Shown: positions 19,662-32,203, numbered from the stretch's first letter. The stretch: DNA of 64,000 nucleotides from Spirochaetia bacterium (GCA_965203055.1 OZ241863.1:3424001-3488000); one strand, 5' to 3'. Numbers and translations: made by a program. The notes: a model not told the origin generated them from the letters alone.

Positions 19662-21026
19662 TCAACCTCCGGCGGGCATCTCATCCATCGGATAGAACAC
19701 CAGCCCGGAAACCGGCTTGGGATAGAAGTAGGTGGACTTGCGCGGCATGCGCTCGCCGCCCCGGGCAATTTCCAGCACGTCCTCCAACCGCGTCGGATTC
19801 ATCAGCAGCGCCGCGTCCGCGGTGCGGCGGTCGACGGCCGCCAGCGCCTCGTCGATGCTCTTGGTGTAGCTCACCTTGGAACCGCCGTCGAGCTCGGCCT
19901 CGGTGATCCCGAGGATCTGCTCCAGCACCAGTACGTTGAGGATGTTCACGTCCAACCGCTTCCAGCGCGACGAGTAGTCCAGATCGACGAGCTGCTCGTA
20001 GGCCTCGGCATCCTTCAGCGTCGCCAGGTAGTAGCAGCCGCTGTTGCGGAGGTACGCTCCGATCTTGTGTTCCCCCGGCTCCGCGTCCGCCAGATCGCGC
20101 AGCCAGCGGCGCGTCGCCGCGGCGCGGCCCGCTTCGGCGTGGGTGTACTTGCGGACCCGAAAGTGCTCCATGATCGGCCCTTCCAGCGGGCGCCGGGCGG
20201 CGATGCGCAGATCGTGCAGGACGCGGTGGGTAGGCAGAATGGTCAGGCCCTGATGCTCGCTGTTGACCAGAAACATGAGGATGAACTCCCACGGCGCGTC
20301 GCGCCCCGCGCCGGGATGCCGGCGGCGCATTTCGTCGCGGAAGCTGAGCATGGTCTGGTAGCGGTGATGCCCGTCGGCGATGAAGATGGTGTGCTCGCGC
20401 ATCAGGCGCGAAATGGCGGCGCAGCGCCGCTCGTCGGTCAGCCGCCACAGGCGATGGCGCACCCCCTGCGGCTCCTCGCGGTGATCGATCGCCAACTCCC
20501 CCTGCTCCGCCCCCTCCAGGAGGTCGTCGATGGCGTAGGCCCGATCCTGGTAGATCGACCAGATATACTCCATCTGCACGTTGCTCGCGCGCATCAGTTG
20601 CAGGCGGTCTTCGACCACGCCGCGCATCACCTGCTCGTGCGGGAGGATGGCGCCGGCGGCGTAGTCCTGCAGCCGCACCAGGCCGATGAAGCCGGTCACG
20701 CGGCGCGCGCCGGTCTGCGGCAGGCTGAACTGCTGTTCGTAGACCCAGAACGCGGGCCGCCTGGTGCGCCGCAGGACCCCGCGGCGCACCCAGTCGTCGA
20801 GGCTGGCGGCGGCGCGGGTGTAGCGGTTGTCGCGCGCGCCGTCGGTGGGATACTGGCGGCCGAGGATGAGACGTACCACGTTGTATGAATGTTGCCGGTA
20901 GTAGCCCGCCTGCATCTCCGGCGAGATCACGTCGTAGGGTTGCGCCAGGCAGAGCCCGAGGTCGTCGATGCGCCGCGCATCGTAGTGCAGCGCGCGGAAG
21001 GGAAGGACGTCGTTGGTGGTGGTCAT
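19662..21026 (-). CDS. DUF1015 family protein
   Basis: PFRALHY, PYDVIS, ILPHE, FIADGHHRY, ILPTHR, MPRKSTYFYPK. Confidence 0.9.
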   Translation of the reverse strand: MTTTNDVLPFRALHYDARRIDDLGLCLAQPYDVISPEMQAGYYRQHSYNVVRLILGRQYPTDGARDNRYTRAAASLDDWVRRGVLRRTRRPAFWVYEQQFSLPQTGARRVTGFIGLVRLQDYAAGAILPHEQVMRGVVEDRLQLMRASNVQMEYIWSIYQDRAYAIDDLLEGAEQGELAIDHREEPQGVRHRLWRLTDERRCAAISRLMREHTIFIADGHHRYQTMLSFRDEMRRRHPGAGRDAPWEFILMFLVNSEHQGLTILPTHRVLHDLRIAARRPLEGPIMEHFRVRKYTHAEAGRAAATRRWLRDLADAEPGEHKIGAYLRNSGCYYLATLKDAEAYEQLVDLDYSSRWKRLDVNILNVLVLEQILGITEAELDGGSKVSYTKSIDEALAAVDRRTADAALLMNPTRLEDVLEIARGGERMPRKSTYFYPKPVSGLVFYPMDEMPAGG

Positions 21027-21099
21027 GGTCCGGGTGCCGGTCGCCGCGCAGTGTTACCGAGGATGGCCGGCGCCGGCAAGCCGCCGCGGAGCGCCGCCG

Positions 21100-21873
21100 G
21101 TGAGCGGCAATGCGGTTGCCGCGGCGCTGCTGCGGGCGGCGCGGGACCTGAACGCCGCCCTGGCGGACCTGCGCTTCGCCGCTCCGGTGCGCACCGTGTA
21201 CGCGCCGCTGGAGTACGCTTGGTGCGGATTCCGCGCCTACGTCGAAGGGTACGCGCCAAGCCGCGCCCGGGCGCTGTTTCTGGGGATGAATCCGGGGCCG
21301 TTCGGGATGGCGCAGAGCGGGGTGCCGTTCGGCGACGTGGGCCTGGTGCGCGACTGGCTGGGGATCGACTGTCAGGTTCGGATCCCGGCCAACGTCCATC
21401 CGCGGCGCCCGGTGGAGGGCTTTCAGTGCCGGCGGCGGGAGGTGAGCGGCAGCCGCCTGTGGGGACTGTTTCGCGCCCGCTTCGAGCAGCCCGAGCGCTT
21501 CTTCCGGCACCACTTCGTGGTCAACTACTGCCCGCTGCTGTTTCTCGAAGCGTCGGGGCGCAACCGCACGCCGGACAAGCTGCCGGCGGCCGAGCGCGCG
21601 CCGCTGCTCGCCCGGTGCGACCACCATCTGCAGCGCGTGATCGGCCTGCTGCGCCCGCGCTGGCTGATCGGGGTGGGCGCCTTCGCCGATCAGGCGGCGC
21701 GGCGGGCGGCGGCGGCGCCCGGCCCCGCGCCGCCGCCGCGCTGCGTCCGGCTCCTCCACCCCAGCCCGGCCAGCCCGGCCGCCAACCGCGGCTGGGCGGA
21801 GCGGGCCGGCAACGACCTGGCCGCGGCCGGCGTCTGGAGCCGCGCCGGGGGCGCCGGCGGCCCCGGCGCCTGA
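21100..21873 (+). CDS. SMUG1-type (family 3) uracil-DNA glycosylase
   Basis: GMNPGPFGMAQSGVPFG, RREVSGSRLW, NYCPL, LLHPSPA. Confidence 0.9.
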   Translation: MSGNAVAAALLRAARDLNAALADLRFAAPVRTVYAPLEYAWCGFRAYVEGYAPSRARALFLGMNPGPFGMAQSGVPFGDVGLVRDWLGIDCQVRIPANVHPRRPVEGFQCRRREVSGSRLWGLFRARFEQPERFFRHHFVVNYCPLLFLEASGRNRTPDKLPAAERAPLLARCDHHLQRVIGLLRPRWLIGVGAFADQAARRAAAAPGPAPPPRCVRLLHPSPASPAANRGWAERAGNDLAAAGVWSRAGGAGGPGA

Positions 21874-21912
21874 CCGCGGGCGCCGGCGCCGCCAGTTCTT
21901 CGCGCGAGTCGA

Positions 21913-21942
21913 TTGACGAGCTTCCGGCAATTCACGTATGGT
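21913..21942 (+). promoter_or_regulatory. sigma70-type promoter of gltBD
   Basis: TTGACG-N18-TATGGT, about 110 nt upstream of the ATG. Confidence 0.65.
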
Positions 21943-22052
21943 AGGTACTCTGGTAGCGCAGCCGACCCTGAGGTCGCGCGTGTGCCGGGAGGCGCGCGCA
22001 GCGCGAGTGAACGCGGCGCATAGTGGCCGCGGCATCTGCAGAACATTACTTT

Positions 22053-25000
22053 ATGAGCTTCTCCACCGTTCCCCCGCAGCAGGGATTGTACCATCCCGCC
22101 TATGAGCATGAGTCCTGCGGCATCGGGTTCGTGGTCGACATGTACGGCCGCAAGTCCCGCAAGCTGATCGACGATGCCCTCGACGTGCTCGCCCACCTCA
22201 ACCATCGCGGCGCCCGCGGCGCCGAACCGGATACCGGAGACGGCGCCGGCGCGCTGCTGCAGATTCCCCACGCCGCGCTGCGCCTCCTGGCGCGGGAGAG
22301 CGGCGTCGAGCTGCCGGAGGCCGGCGCCTACGGCGTGGGCATGTGCTTCCTGCCGGCCGACGCGGCGCAGCGCCGCTTGGTGACGAGCCTCGCCGCCGAG
22401 GTCATCGCGGAGTATGGCCAGGCGCTGCTCGGCTGGCGCGACGTGCCGACCGAGCCGGCCTCCCTGGGTCCCGCGGCGCGCGCCGTGCGGCCGCACGTCA
22501 GCCAGCTCTACGTCGGGCGCGGGCGCGGCATGGACGACGATCAGACCTTCGAGCGGCGCCTCTACGTGATCCGCAAGGTGCTGGAGAACCGGGTCAGGGA
22601 GACCCTGCCGGCGGACGCGCAGTGCTACGTCGCCAGCATGTCGCACCGCACCGTGGTCTACAAAGGCATGCTGACCACCCACCAGCTGCGCCGCTTCTAT
22701 CCCGAGCTGAACCATCCGGCGATGGAGTCGGCCATTGCCCTGGTGCACTCCCGCTTCTCGACCAACACGTTCCCGAGTTGGGACCGCGCCCACCCCTACC
22801 GCTACCTGATGCACAATGGCGAAATCAACACGTTGCGAGGCAATGAGAACTGGATGCGCGCCCGGCAGCCGAGCCTCCGTTCCGAGCTGTTCGGAGATGA
22901 TCTGGCCGCCACGCTGCCGGTGATCGACCCCTCCGGCAGTGATTCCGCCAAGCTCGACAACACCCTGGAGTTGATGGTGCTCGGCGGGCGCTCGCTGGCG
23001 CACGCGTTCATGCTGCTGATCCCCGAGCCGTGGACCAACCACGAGAGCATGAGCGCGGAAAAGAAGGCGTTCTACGAGTACCACTCGTCGCTGATGGAGC
23101 CGTGGGACGGCCCCGCGTCGGTGGCCTTCACCGACGGCATTCAGGTGGGAGCGGTGCTGGACCGCAACGGACTGCGGCCTTCCCGCTACTGCGTAACCCG
23201 AAGCGGGCTGGTGGTGTTGGCCTCCGAGGTGGGGGTGCTCGACCTGCCGCCCGAGGAGATCGTGCGCAAGGACCGCTTGCGGCCCGGCCGCATGCTGCTG
23301 GTGGACACCGGCCAGGGCCGCATCATCGACGACGCGGAGCTGAAGAGCGCCATCGCGGGAGAGCATGACTACGCGCTGTGGCTGCGCGACAATCAGGTAG
23401 ACCTGGAGCAACTTCCCGCCGGCGCGGCGCCGCCGCGGCTGGACGCCGGCGCGCGCGAGCGGCAACAGCGCGCCTTCGGCTACACCTTCGAAGACCTGCG
23501 CATGATTCTGGAGCCGATGACCCGCAACGCCATCGAGCCGGTCGGCTCCATGGGCAACGACGCGCCGCCGGCAGCCCTCTCCGACGCTCCCAAGCTCCTC
23601 TACCACTACTTCCGGCAGCTCTTCGCGCAGGTCACCAATCCGCCAATCGACGCCATCCGCGAGGAACTGGTTACCTCCGCGGTGATCACCCTCGGCGCGG
23701 AGGGCAATCTGCTGCAGGCGCGGCCCGAGAGCTGCCGCCAGGTGCGGCTGCAGAGCCCGGTGCTGTCGGCCGAGGAGCTGGAGCGGCTGCGCGCCCTGGA
23801 CGGGTATGCCGGCACCCACCGCGCGGTGACCCTGGCCGCGCTGTTTGCGCCCGCCGGCCGCGGCCGGGCGCTGCGCGCGGCGCTGGATGACCTGTGCGCC
23901 CGGGCGGACGCCGCCATCGCCGCCGGCGCCACCATTCTGATCCTCTCCGATCGCGGGGTGGACGCCGAGCGGGCGCCGATTCCGGCGTTGCTCGCCACCG
24001 CCGCGGTGCACCATCATCTGATCCGCTCCGGGACCCGCAGCCGGGTCGGCCTGGTGGTGGAGTCCGGCGAACCGCGCGAGGTCCACCACCTGGCCACCCT
24101 GATCGGCTACGGCGCCGGCGCGGTCTGCCCCTACCTGGCCTACGAGGTGATCGACGCCGCCATCGCCGAAGGGCTGTTCGACGAGCCGGCGGACGCCGCC
24201 GCCGAGGGCGGCGCCCCCGCCCCCCTCGCGCCCGCCGGCAGCAACGGCATGAACGACCATGGGGCGGCGCGGGGCCGCGCCGCCGCGGCCCGCTACAACT
24301 ACCGCAAGGCGCTGCTCAAGGGCATCGTCAAGGTGCTCTCCAAGATGGGCATATCCACCATCCAGGCCTACCGCGGCGCCCAGATCTTCGAGTCGATGGG
24401 CCTCAGCCGGGAGGTGGTCGAGCGCCACTTCACCGGTACCGCGGCGCGCCTCTCCGGGATCGGTCTGGAGGAGATCGCCGGCGAGGCGGCGGCCCGCCAC
24501 CTGCGCGGCTACGCGCCGCGCGCCGCGGTGAACGGCGCGCTGGACGCCGGCGGCGAGTACCAGTGGCGCGGCGACGGCGAGTATCACCTCAACAATCCGC
24601 AGACGATCCACAAACTGCAGCAGGCGTGCCGCGCCGGCGACTACCGCACGTTCAAGGAGTACAGCGCGCTGGTCGACTCCCAGCAGGAGAAGCTGGCGAC
24701 CCTGCGCGGACTGCTGGAGCTGACGCCGGCCGCCGAACCGGTGCCGCTGGAGGAAGTGGAGCCGGCCGACACCATCGTCAAGCGCTTCAAGACCGGCGCC
24801 ATGTCCTACGGCTCCATCAGCAAGGAGGCGCACGAGACCCTGGCGATTGCGATGAACCGCATCGGCGGCAAGAGCAATACCGGCGAGGGCGGCGAGGACC
24901 CGGCGCGCTACGTCCGGGACGCCAACGGCGATTCCCGCAACAGCGCCATCAAGCAGGTTGCCTCCGCCCGCTTCGGGGTAACCAGCCAGTACCTGGTCAA

Positions 25001-26738
25001 CGCGCAGGAGCTGCAGATCAAGATGGCGCAGGGCGCCAAGCCGGGCGAAGGCGGCCAGCTCCCCGGCCAGAAGGTGTATCCCTGGATCGCCGAAGTGCGC
25101 CACTCCACCCCCGGCGTGGGCCTGATCTCGCCGCCCCCGCACCACGACATCTACTCCATCGAGGACCTCGCCGAACTGATCCACGACCTGAAGAACGCCA
25201 ACCGCGGCGCCCGCATCAACGTCAAGCTGGTGTCCGAGGTGGGCGTCGGCACCGTGGCCGCGGGCGTCGCCAAGGCGCACGCCGACGTGGTGCTGGTCAG
25301 CGGCAGCGAAGGCGGCACCGGGGCGTCGCCGGTGTCGAGCATCAAGCACGCCGGTCTGCCCTGCGAGCTGGGCATCGCCGAGACCCACCAGACCTTGCTG
25401 CTGAACGACCTGCGCAGCCGCATCGTGGTCGAGGCGGACGGGCAGTTGAAGACCGGCCGCGACGTGGTGATCGCCGCGCTGCTCGGCGCCGAAGAGTTCG
25501 GGTTCGCCACCGCGCCGATCATCGTCATGGGCTGCATCATGATGCGCGTGTGCCACCTCAACACCTGTCCGGTGGGGGTCGCCACGCAGGACCCGGAGCT
25601 GCGCGAGAAGTTCACCGGCGATCCCGCCCACGTGGTGAACTTCATGCGCTTCGTGGCCGAGGAAGTGCGCGAGTTGATGGCGGCGCTCGGCTTCCGCACC
25701 TTCAACGAGATGGTCGGGCGCACCGACCGCCTGCAGCCGCGCCGCGCCATCGACCATTGGAAGGCGCGCGGCATCGACCTGAGCCCGCTGCTGCACCGCC
25801 CGCCGGTGGCCGCCGGCGTCGGCACCTACTGTCAGGTGGCGCAGGACCACGGCCTGGATCGAGCGCTGGACAACAGCCTGCTCGACCTGGCGCTGCCGCA
25901 ACTGGAGCGCGGCCTGAACGTCCGGGAGACCTTGCGCATCAAGAACTCCAATCGGGTGGTGGGTACCATGCTCGGCAGCGAGATCACGCGCCGCTACGGC
26001 GCGGAGGGTCTGGCGGAAGATCGGGTGCAGCTCACCTTTGCCGGCTCCGCCGGGCAGAGCTTCGGCGCGTTCATCCCCGCCGGGCTGACGCTGGTGCTGA
26101 TTGGCGACTCCAACGACTACATCGGCAAGGGACTGTCAGGCGGCAAGATCATCGTCAAGCCGCCGGCCGGCAGCACGTTCGCGCCCGAAGACAACGTCAT
26201 CATCGGCAACGTCGCCTTCTACGGCGCAACCGGCGGTTCCGCCTACGTCAACGGCGCCGCCGGTGAGCGGTTCTGCGTGCGCAACAGCGGCGCCAGCGCG
26301 GTGGTGGAGGGCGTCGGCGATCATGGCTGCGAGTACATGACCGGCGGGCGCGTGGTGGTGCTCGGCCGCACCGGGCGCAACTTCGCCGCCGGCATGAGCG
26401 GCGGCCTGGCCTACGTATTCGATCAGGAGGGCGACTTCCGCAGCCACTGCAACACCGACATGGCGGACCTGGCCGCGCTTGAGGACGAAGCCGAGATCGC
26501 CGAGGTGCGGCAGATGATCGAACGCCACCTGGTGTACACCGGCAGTCCGCGCGCCAACCAAGTGCTCGGCCACTGGGAGGAGATGGTGCCCCGCTTCGTC
26601 AAGGTCTACCCGCGCGACTACCGGCGCATGCAGGAAGCGCTGGCGCGGGCGCGCAGCGAAGGGCTCTCCGGCGACGATGCGGTGATGGCGGCGTTCGAAG
26701 AGAACGCGCACGACCTGGCGCGGGTCTCCGGCAACTAA
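22053..26738 (+). CDS. gltB: glutamate synthase large subunit
   Basis: HES-CGIGF Ntn-amidotransferase start, [48 protein letters not shown]. Confidence 0.98.
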   Translation: MSFSTVPPQQGLYHPAYEHESCGIGFVVDMYGRKSRKLIDDALDVLAHLNHRGARGAEPDTGDGAGALLQIPHAALRLLARESGVELPEAGAYGVGMCFLPADAAQRRLVTSLAAEVIAEYGQALLGWRDVPTEPASLGPAARAVRPHVSQLYVGRGRGMDDDQTFERRLYVIRKVLENRVRETLPADAQCYVASMSHRTVVYKGMLTTHQLRRFYPELNHPAMESAIALVHSRFSTNTFPSWDRAHPYRYLMHNGEINTLRGNENWMRARQPSLRSELFGDDLAATLPVIDPSGSDSAKLDNTLELMVLGGRSLAHAFMLLIPEPWTNHESMSAEKKAFYEYHSSLMEPWDGPASVAFTDGIQVGAVLDRNGLRPSRYCVTRSGLVVLASEVGVLDLPPEEIVRKDRLRPGRMLLVDTGQGRIIDDAELKSAIAGEHDYALWLRDNQVDLEQLPAGAAPPRLDAGARERQQRAFGYTFEDLRMILEPMTRNAIEPVGSMGNDAPPAALSDAPKLLYHYFRQLFAQVTNPPIDAIREELVTSAVITLGAEGNLLQARPESCRQVRLQSPVLSAEELERLRALDGYAGTHRAVTLAALFAPAGRGRALRAALDDLCARADAAIAAGATILILSDRGVDAERAPIPALLATAAVHHHLIRSGTRSRVGLVVESGEPREVHHLATLIGYGAGAVCPYLAYEVIDAAIAEGLFDEPADAAAEGGAPAPLAPAGSNGMNDHGAARGRAAAARYNYRKALLKGIVKVLSKMGISTIQAYRGAQIFESMGLSREVVERHFTGTAARLSGIGLEEIAGEAAARHLRGYAPRAAVNGALDAGGEYQWRGDGEYHLNNPQTIHKLQQACRAGDYRTFKEYSALVDSQQEKLATLRGLLELTPAAEPVPLEEVEPADTIVKRFKTGAMSYGSISKEAHETLAIAMNRIGGKSNTGEGGEDPARYVRDANGDSRNSAIKQVASARFGVTSQYLVNAQELQIKMAQGAKPGEGGQLPGQKVYPWIAEVRHSTPGVGLISPPPHHDIYSIEDLAELIHDLKNANRGARINVKLVSEVGVGTVAAGVAKAHADVVLVSGSEGGTGASPVSSIKHAGLPCELGIAETHQTLLLNDLRSRIVVEADGQLKTGRDVVIAALLGAEEFGFATAPIIVMGCIMMRVCHLNTCPVGVATQDPELREKFTGDPAHVVNFMRFVAEEVRELMAALGFRTFNEMVGRTDRLQPRRAIDHWKARGIDLSPLLHRPPVAAGVGTYCQVAQDHGLDRALDNSLLDLALPQLERGLNVRETLRIKNSNRVVGTMLGSEITRRYGAEGLAEDRVQLTFAGSAGQSFGAFIPAGLTLVLIGDSNDYIGKGLSGGKIIVKPPAGSTFAPEDNVIIGNVAFYGATGGSAYVNGAAGERFCVRNSGASAVVEGVGDHGCEYMTGGRVVVLGRTGRNFAAGMSGGLAYVFDQEGDFRSHCNTDMADLAALEDEAEIAEVRQMIERHLVYTGSPRANQVLGHWEEMVPRFVKVYPRDYRRMQEALARARSEGLSGDDAVMAAFEENAHDLARVSGN

Positions 26739-26757
26739 AGCAACCACACGAACAGAC

Positions 26758-28218
26758 ATGGGCAAACCGACCGGATTCAAGGAAATAGCACGCCGTTTGC
26801 CGGCCGACCGGGCGCCGGAGCAGCGCATCGGCGACTGGCAGGACTTTCACGGCCATGCCCCCGAAGAACAGCTCCGGGCGCAGGCGTCGCGCTGCATGGA
26901 CTGTGGCACGCCGTTCTGCCATACCGGCGGCGGGCGCTCCGACACCCGCCAGACCGTGGGCTGCCCGCTCAACAACCTGATTCCCGAGTGGAACGACCTG
27001 GTCTACCGCGGCCGCTGGCAGGACGCGCTGGACCGGCTGCACAAGACCAACAACTTTCCCGAGTTCACCGGCAAGGTGTGTCCGGCGCCGTGCGAATCGG
27101 CGTGCGTGCTGGCGATCATCGAGCCGGCGGTCACCATCAAGAACACCGAGTGGGCGATCATCGAGCGCGGCTTCGAGGAGGGCTGGGTGCGGGCCGCGCC
27201 GCCCGCGGCGCGCACCGGCAAGCGGGTGGCGGTGGTCGGTTCCGGGCCCGCCGGCCTGGCGTGCGCGGAACAGCTCAACGCGGCCGGGCACCTGGTGACG
27301 GTGTACGAACGCGCCGACCGCATCGGCGGCCTGCTGATGTACGGCATCCCCAACATGAAGCTGGAAAAGCAGTTGGTCGACCGGCGCGTGCGCCTGCTGC
27401 GCGGCGCCGGCGTGGAGTTCCGCACCGGGGTCGAGGTCGGGCGCGATCTGCCGGGCCCGGAGCTGCGCGCCCGGCACGACGCGGTGGTGCTGTGCTGCGG
27501 CGCCACCAAGCCGCGCGAGCTGCCGATCCCGGGCCGGGAGCTGAACGGCATCCACCAGGCGATGGAGTACCTCACCGCAAATACCCGCTGGCTGCTGGAC
27601 GCGGCCGGCGGCCGCCCCGCAATCGACGCCGCCGGCAAGGACGTGTTGGTGATCGGCGGCGGCGACACCGGTACCGACTGCGTCGGCACCGCCATGCGGC
27701 AGGGGTGCCGCTCGCTGACCCAGATCGAAATCGTGCCGCAGTTCCCGGAAGCGCTGCCGTGGCCGCAGTTCGGCCGCACCTCGCTGCCCGACTACGGCCA
27801 GGAAGAGGCGGCGGCCGCGTTCGGGCGGGATCCGCGCCTCTACGGCGTCACCGCCCGCCACTTCACGGGCGGCCGCGGCGGCGCGGTGAACGAAGCGCAC
27901 CTGGTGGACGTGGAGTGGAACAGCGGCGGTCCCAAACCGGTGGCCGGCAGCGAGCGCGCCGTGCCGGCCGGGCTGGTGCTGCTGTCGATGGGGTTCCTCG
28001 GCCCCGAGGACCGGGTGCTCGACCAGCTCCGCCTGGAGCGCGACGCGCGCTCCAACGCGGCCGCGGTCTACGGCAAGTTCACCACCAACGTGGAGGGGGT
28101 GTTCGCCGCCGGCGACGTGCGCCGCGGCGCCAGCCTGGTGGTATGGGCGATCATGGAGGGCCGCGGCGCCGCCCGCGAGTGCGACCGCTACCTGATGGGC
28201 TCAACCCTGCTTCCCTGA
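26758..28218 (+). CDS. gltD: glutamate synthase small subunit
   Basis: [45 protein letters not shown]. Confidence 0.97.
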   Translation: MGKPTGFKEIARRLPADRAPEQRIGDWQDFHGHAPEEQLRAQASRCMDCGTPFCHTGGGRSDTRQTVGCPLNNLIPEWNDLVYRGRWQDALDRLHKTNNFPEFTGKVCPAPCESACVLAIIEPAVTIKNTEWAIIERGFEEGWVRAAPPAARTGKRVAVVGSGPAGLACAEQLNAAGHLVTVYERADRIGGLLMYGIPNMKLEKQLVDRRVRLLRGAGVEFRTGVEVGRDLPGPELRARHDAVVLCCGATKPRELPIPGRELNGIHQAMEYLTANTRWLLDAAGGRPAIDAAGKDVLVIGGGDTGTDCVGTAMRQGCRSLTQIEIVPQFPEALPWPQFGRTSLPDYGQEEAAAAFGRDPRLYGVTARHFTGGRGGAVNEAHLVDVEWNSGGPKPVAGSERAVPAGLVLLSMGFLGPEDRVLDQLRLERDARSNAAAVYGKFTTNVEGVFAAGDVRRGASLVVWAIMEGRGAARECDRYLMGSTLLP

Positions 28219-30087
28219 TTCGGCAACCCCGCCGCGGCGCGCGGCGGGCGGGCGCAACTCCCGGCCGTCTCGAGCCGGCTCCCGCAACGGCAGGTGCAGC
28301 GTAATGGCCGCGCCGGGGCCGTCGAGGTTGTTGGCGGCGGTAATGTCGCCGCCGTTGGCCAGCACCACCGCGCGCGCAATGGCCAGCCCCAACCCGCTGC
28401 CGCGCGCGGCTCCCGCCTGCTTGCCGCGATAGAAGCGGTTGAAGACGTGCGGCAGATCGTCCGCGGCGATGCCCGGCCCCCGGTCGCGCACCCGGATCGT
28501 GGCCCGGCCCCGCTCCTCGGCGGCGCTGATCCGCACCTCGCCGCCGGCGCCGCCGTAGCGAACCGCGTTCTGCAGCACGTTGTCCAAGGCGATTTCGAGA
28601 TCGGCCGATTCGAGCTCGCGCTCGCCGGCGGGCGCGGTCACCTCGACCGCCACGCGTACCCCGGCCGCGGCGGCGGCGCGCGCCGCCCGCCGCTCCGCGC
28701 CCCGCACCAGGTCGCCAAGCGTCACCCGCAGCGACTGCCTGGAGGTAGCGCCCGACTCCAGCCGCGACAGGTTGAGCAGGTTCTCCACGATCCACTCCAT
28801 GCGCTGGATCTGACGGTGGCATTCGCCCAGGAACTCGATGCGCTTCTGCGCGTCGATGCCGCGGCGGCCGCCGGTCCGGAACCCCGCAGCCAGGGCGGCC
28901 GCGGCCGCCACCGGCCGGCGCCACGGCGGGACCTTGACCGCCACGCCGCCCGCGGGCGGCGGTTCCGGCGCGGCGCCGTTTGCCGGCGGCGCCGCGCCGC
29001 CCGCGGCCGCGGCCTCGAGCTCGGCGCCGGCGAGCAACAGCTCGTTGAACGTCTTGAGGGCGGTGACCGGGGTGCGCAACTCGTGCGATGCATCCGCCAC
29101 GAAGCGCCGCAGCACGTCGCGCTCCTGCCGCAGGTCGCGCACCGTCAGCTCCAGCTTGCCCGCCATGGCGTTGAACTGCCGGCCCAATTCCCCGATCTCG
29201 CCGCTGCCGATGAAGGGCGCGCGCGCGGCCAGGTCACCCGACCCCATGCGCACCGCGGAGGAGGTGAGGCCGGCGATGGGAGCGGTCAGCCGGCGCCCGA
29301 ACACCAACCCCAGGAGCGCCGCCAGAACGGTAGCCGCAAGCGCCGCGATGATGAACGGTCCGATGACGGTATCGAGGGCCTCGCCGGTCAGATCGGGACT
29401 GCGCGCGATTTCCACGTAGCCCACGGGATTGGCGGGATCGCCGATCGGTTCGGTATGAGTGTCGCGCATGGGGTCGTCGGCCGCCGCCGCGGCGTCCGGC
29501 GCGGCCGCGGTCAACAACGGCCCCTCGTAGTCCTGAAACTCGATGAAGCTGCCCCACAGCCCGCTGCGGCGGCGCACCACCATTGCCTGGGTATCCCCGC
29601 CGATGCGCTGCAGCGCCGGCAACGAACGGCGCAGCGCGGCGTTCTGGGTCGGGTCGGAAGAGACCGGGATCCACACCCGGTGCCGCACCACGGTGTCGCC
29701 TGCGCTGATGGTCGCCACCATCCGCAGCCATACGTGATCGGAGTCGTCCTGCGGCCCGGAGTCCACCAGCACCCGCCGCTCCCGGTCCAGAATCCGGATC
29801 CGGGAATCAGTGATGAACGCCGCGGTCCGCACCAGATCGCCGAGCGAGAGCGGGCGCGCCACCGGAACCATCAGCGACCGCGCCCGCAGGGCAACGGTGG
29901 CAGCGTTGGACTGCAGGTAGGCGCGTTCGCGCCGCTCCACGAAGTGCTTGAGCAGGGCCCCCGAAAATCCGCCGACGATGCCGATCGCGACCAGGGCGAT
30001 CAGGATGAAGCTCAACACCAGACGCCCGCGGATCGACGACCACGACCGGGCCCATACTCTGGCCAGCGTTTCACTCCCCATGGTCAC
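28201..30087 (-). CDS. membrane sensor histidine kinase (HAMP-HisKA-HATPase)
   Basis: Two TM segments, HAMP ([12 protein letters not shown]), [27 protein letters not shown]. Confidence 0.92.
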   Translation of the reverse strand: MTMGSETLARVWARSWSSIRGRLVLSFILIALVAIGIVGGFSGALLKHFVERRERAYLQSNAATVALRARSLMVPVARPLSLGDLVRTAAFITDSRIRILDRERRVLVDSGPQDDSDHVWLRMVATISAGDTVVRHRVWIPVSSDPTQNAALRRSLPALQRIGGDTQAMVVRRRSGLWGSFIEFQDYEGPLLTAAAPDAAAAADDPMRDTHTEPIGDPANPVGYVEIARSPDLTGEALDTVIGPFIIAALAATVLAALLGLVFGRRLTAPIAGLTSSAVRMGSGDLAARAPFIGSGEIGELGRQFNAMAGKLELTVRDLRQERDVLRRFVADASHELRTPVTALKTFNELLLAGAELEAAAAGGAAPPANGAAPEPPPAGGVAVKVPPWRRPVAAAAALAAGFRTGGRRGIDAQKRIEFLGECHRQIQRMEWIVENLLNLSRLESGATSRQSLRVTLGDLVRGAERRAARAAAAAGVRVAVEVTAPAGERELESADLEIALDNVLQNAVRYGGAGGEVRISAAEERGRATIRVRDRGPGIAADDLPHVFNRFYRGKQAGAARGSGLGLAIARAVVLANGGDITAANNLDGPGAAITLHLPLREPARDGRELRPPAARRGGVAESGKQG

Positions 30088-30137
30088 TCACAAGATACCG
30101 GCGCGCCGTCCGGGCGGCCAGATACCCCGGCGCCCCT

Positions 30138-30845
30138 TCAGGTCATCGGGGTTTGGGCGAACTTGTAGCCGTGGCCGCGCACCGTCACGAGCCGCCGCGG
30201 ATGGGTAGGATCATGTTCCAGCTTCTCCCGCAGGTGGCGCATGTGGACGTCCACCGTGCGGTCGTAGCCCACCTCGGCGTGGTAGCCCCACACCGCTTCG
30301 AGAATCTGATCGCGGGTTACCGGCCGGTCGGGATTGGAGGTCAGATAGCGCAGCAGGCGAAACTCGGTGGGGGTGAGATACACCATCCGGTCGGCGCGGT
30401 ACACCTGCAGCAGCTCCAGATCGATGGTCACGTCGTCGAACGTGAACTTCTCGTCGCTGCTGCGGGACAGCTCACCATAGGCGCGGCGCAGCAGCGCGCG
30501 GACGCGCGACAGCAACTCCGGCAACCCATACGGCTTGACTACGTAGTCGTCGGCCCCAACCTCGAAGCCGAGCACCTTGTCCACCTGGTCGTCGCGCGCC
30601 GTGAGCATCAGGATCGGTTGCCGAAACCCCTCCCGGCGCAGCTTCCGGCACACGGCGAAGCCGCTGGTGTCGGGCAGGCGGATATCGAGGACGATCAGGT
30701 GCGGCGACTCGCCCGCCACCAGCCGGTGGCCCGCCGCCCCGTCCTCCGCCCACTTGACGGCGTATCCCTCCTGCTCCAGCGCGAAGCCCAACCCCTTCGC
30801 CACCGCCGGGTCGTCCTCGATCAGGACGATCGTTTCTTCACTCAT
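30138..30845 (-). CDS. OmpR/PhoB-family response regulator
   Basis: IEDD, LDIRLP, GADDYVVKP, LTPTEFRLL, RTVDVH, TVRGHGY. Confidence 0.95.
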   Translation of the reverse strand: MSEETIVLIEDDPAVAKGLGFALEQEGYAVKWAEDGAAGHRLVAGESPHLIVLDIRLPDTSGFAVCRKLRREGFRQPILMLTARDDQVDKVLGFEVGADDYVVKPYGLPELLSRVRALLRRAYGELSRSSDEKFTFDDVTIDLELLQVYRADRMVYLTPTEFRLLRYLTSNPDRPVTRDQILEAVWGYHAEVGYDRTVDVHMRHLREKLEHDPTHPRRLVTVRGHGYKFAQTPMT

Positions 30846-32203
30846 CGCCCGGCCAGCGCGTCGCGCACGGTAGCGGCGAGCTGCGGCGGCACCACGGCGC
30901 TCACGCGGAAGCCATCGGCCGCGGCTACCTGGCGCTCGATGCGGCCGGCGGCGCGCAACAACCCGATCAGTCGCGACTCGGCGTAAGGCACCTCGAACTC
31001 GACGCGCACGTGCCCCGCCGAAAGGCGCTGCCGCAGCGCGCGCCGCAAGTCGTCGACGCCTTCTCCGGTCGCCGCGCTGACCGGGACGGCGTCGTCCAGC
31101 CCCAACCGCAGCGGCGAGTCGCGCGCTACCAGGTCGACCTTGTTGAGCACGGTGAGCCGGGGAACCTCCGCGGCGCCGATCTCCTGCAGCGTCTCCGCCA
31201 CCGCCTGCTGCTGGAGCCGCTGCGCGGGGTCGCCGGCGTCAACCACCACCAGCAACAGATCCGCCCCGGCGACCTCCTCCAACGTGGCCCGGAACGCGGC
31301 CACGAGCTGATGCGGCAACTTGTGGATGAAGCCGACGGTATCGGTGAGCAGGGCGCGGCGGCCGGCGCGCAGGTCCACCTGGCGGGTGGTGGGATCGAGC
31401 GTGGCGAAGAGTCGATCCGCGGCATACACGCCGGCGCCGGTAAGCCGATTCATCAGCGTGCTCTTGCCGGCGTTGGTATAGCCGACCAGCGCGAGCACCG
31501 GGCTGCCGGACCGACTCCGGCGCAGGCGCCCGCGGCGGCGCTGCTGAGACAGGCCTCGCAGGCGCGTGCGCAGCACCCCCAGCCGCTGGCGGATGCGGCG
31601 CCGATCGACCTCGATCTGGGTCTCGCCGGGGCCGCGCAGCCCGACCCCCAGGCCGGCGCGGCCCCCGGCCTGCCGCGCCAGGTGGGTCCACAACCGGGTG
31701 AGCCGCGGCAGGCGGTACTCCAGTTGCGCCAGCTCCACCTGGAGCTGGCCCTCGCGGCTGCGCGCGTGGCGGGCGAAGAGGTCGAGGATCAACGCCGTGC
31801 GGTCGATCGCCAGCAGCTCGTCGCCGAGGGTGCGTTCCACGTTGCGCAGTTGCGCCGGGGTCAATTCGTCGTCGAACAGCACCACGCCGGCCCCGGCGGC
31901 GCGCGCGGCGACCGCCGCCTCGGCCAGCTTGCCGGCGCCCAGATAGGTTTGCGGATCGGGCTGCCGCCGCCGCTGCCAGGTGCGGCCCGCCACCCGCAGT
32001 CCGGCGCTGTCGGCCAGCCGCGCCAACTCGTCCAGGCACTGCTCGACGCCCCACGCCTCCGGCTCCGCCGCCGGGCCGGCAAGCGCGCCGCGGGCGTCGG
32101 GCGGCGCCGCGCCGCGCGCGGCCGGCGCGGTTTGCAGGCCGACCAGAAAGGCGCGCCGGGGCTGCGCCCGCGGCGGGTTCTTCACGCTGCCGAGGTCTGC
32201 CAT
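30842..32203 (-). CDS. hflX: GTPase HflX
   Basis: DRTALILDLF, GPGETQIEVDRR, GYTNAGKS, LFATLD, DTVGFI, NKVD. Confidence 0.95.
   Translation of the reverse strand: MADLGSVKNPPRAQPRRAFLVGLQTAPAARGAAPPDARGALAGPAAEPEAWGVEQCLDELARLADSAGLRVAGRTWQRRRQPDPQTYLGAGKLAEAAVAARAAGAGVVLFDDELTPAQLRNVERTLGDELLAIDRTALILDLFARHARSREGQLQVELAQLEYRLPRLTRLWTHLARQAGGRAGLGVGLRGPGETQIEVDRRRIRQRLGVLRTRLRGLSQQRRRGRLRRSRSGSPVLALVGYTNAGKSTLMNRLTGAGVYAADRLFATLDPTTRQVDLRAGRRALLTDTVGFIHKLPHQLVAAFRATLEEVAGADLLLVVVDAGDPAQRLQQQAVAETLQEIGAAEVPRLTVLNKVDLVARDSPLRLGLDDAVPVSAATGEGVDDLRRALRQRLSAGHVRVEFEVPYAESRLIGLLRAAGRIERQVAAADGFRVSAVVPPQLAATVRDALAGR

Noticed and set aside
21690..25901. 1403-aa minus-strand ORF and many other long overlapping ORFs (e.g. 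1007-3343, 18216-20888, upstream part of 45372-48224)
   Set aside because: Antisense or alternate-frame shadows of well-supported genes, caused by stop-codon scarcity at high GC; no family motifs
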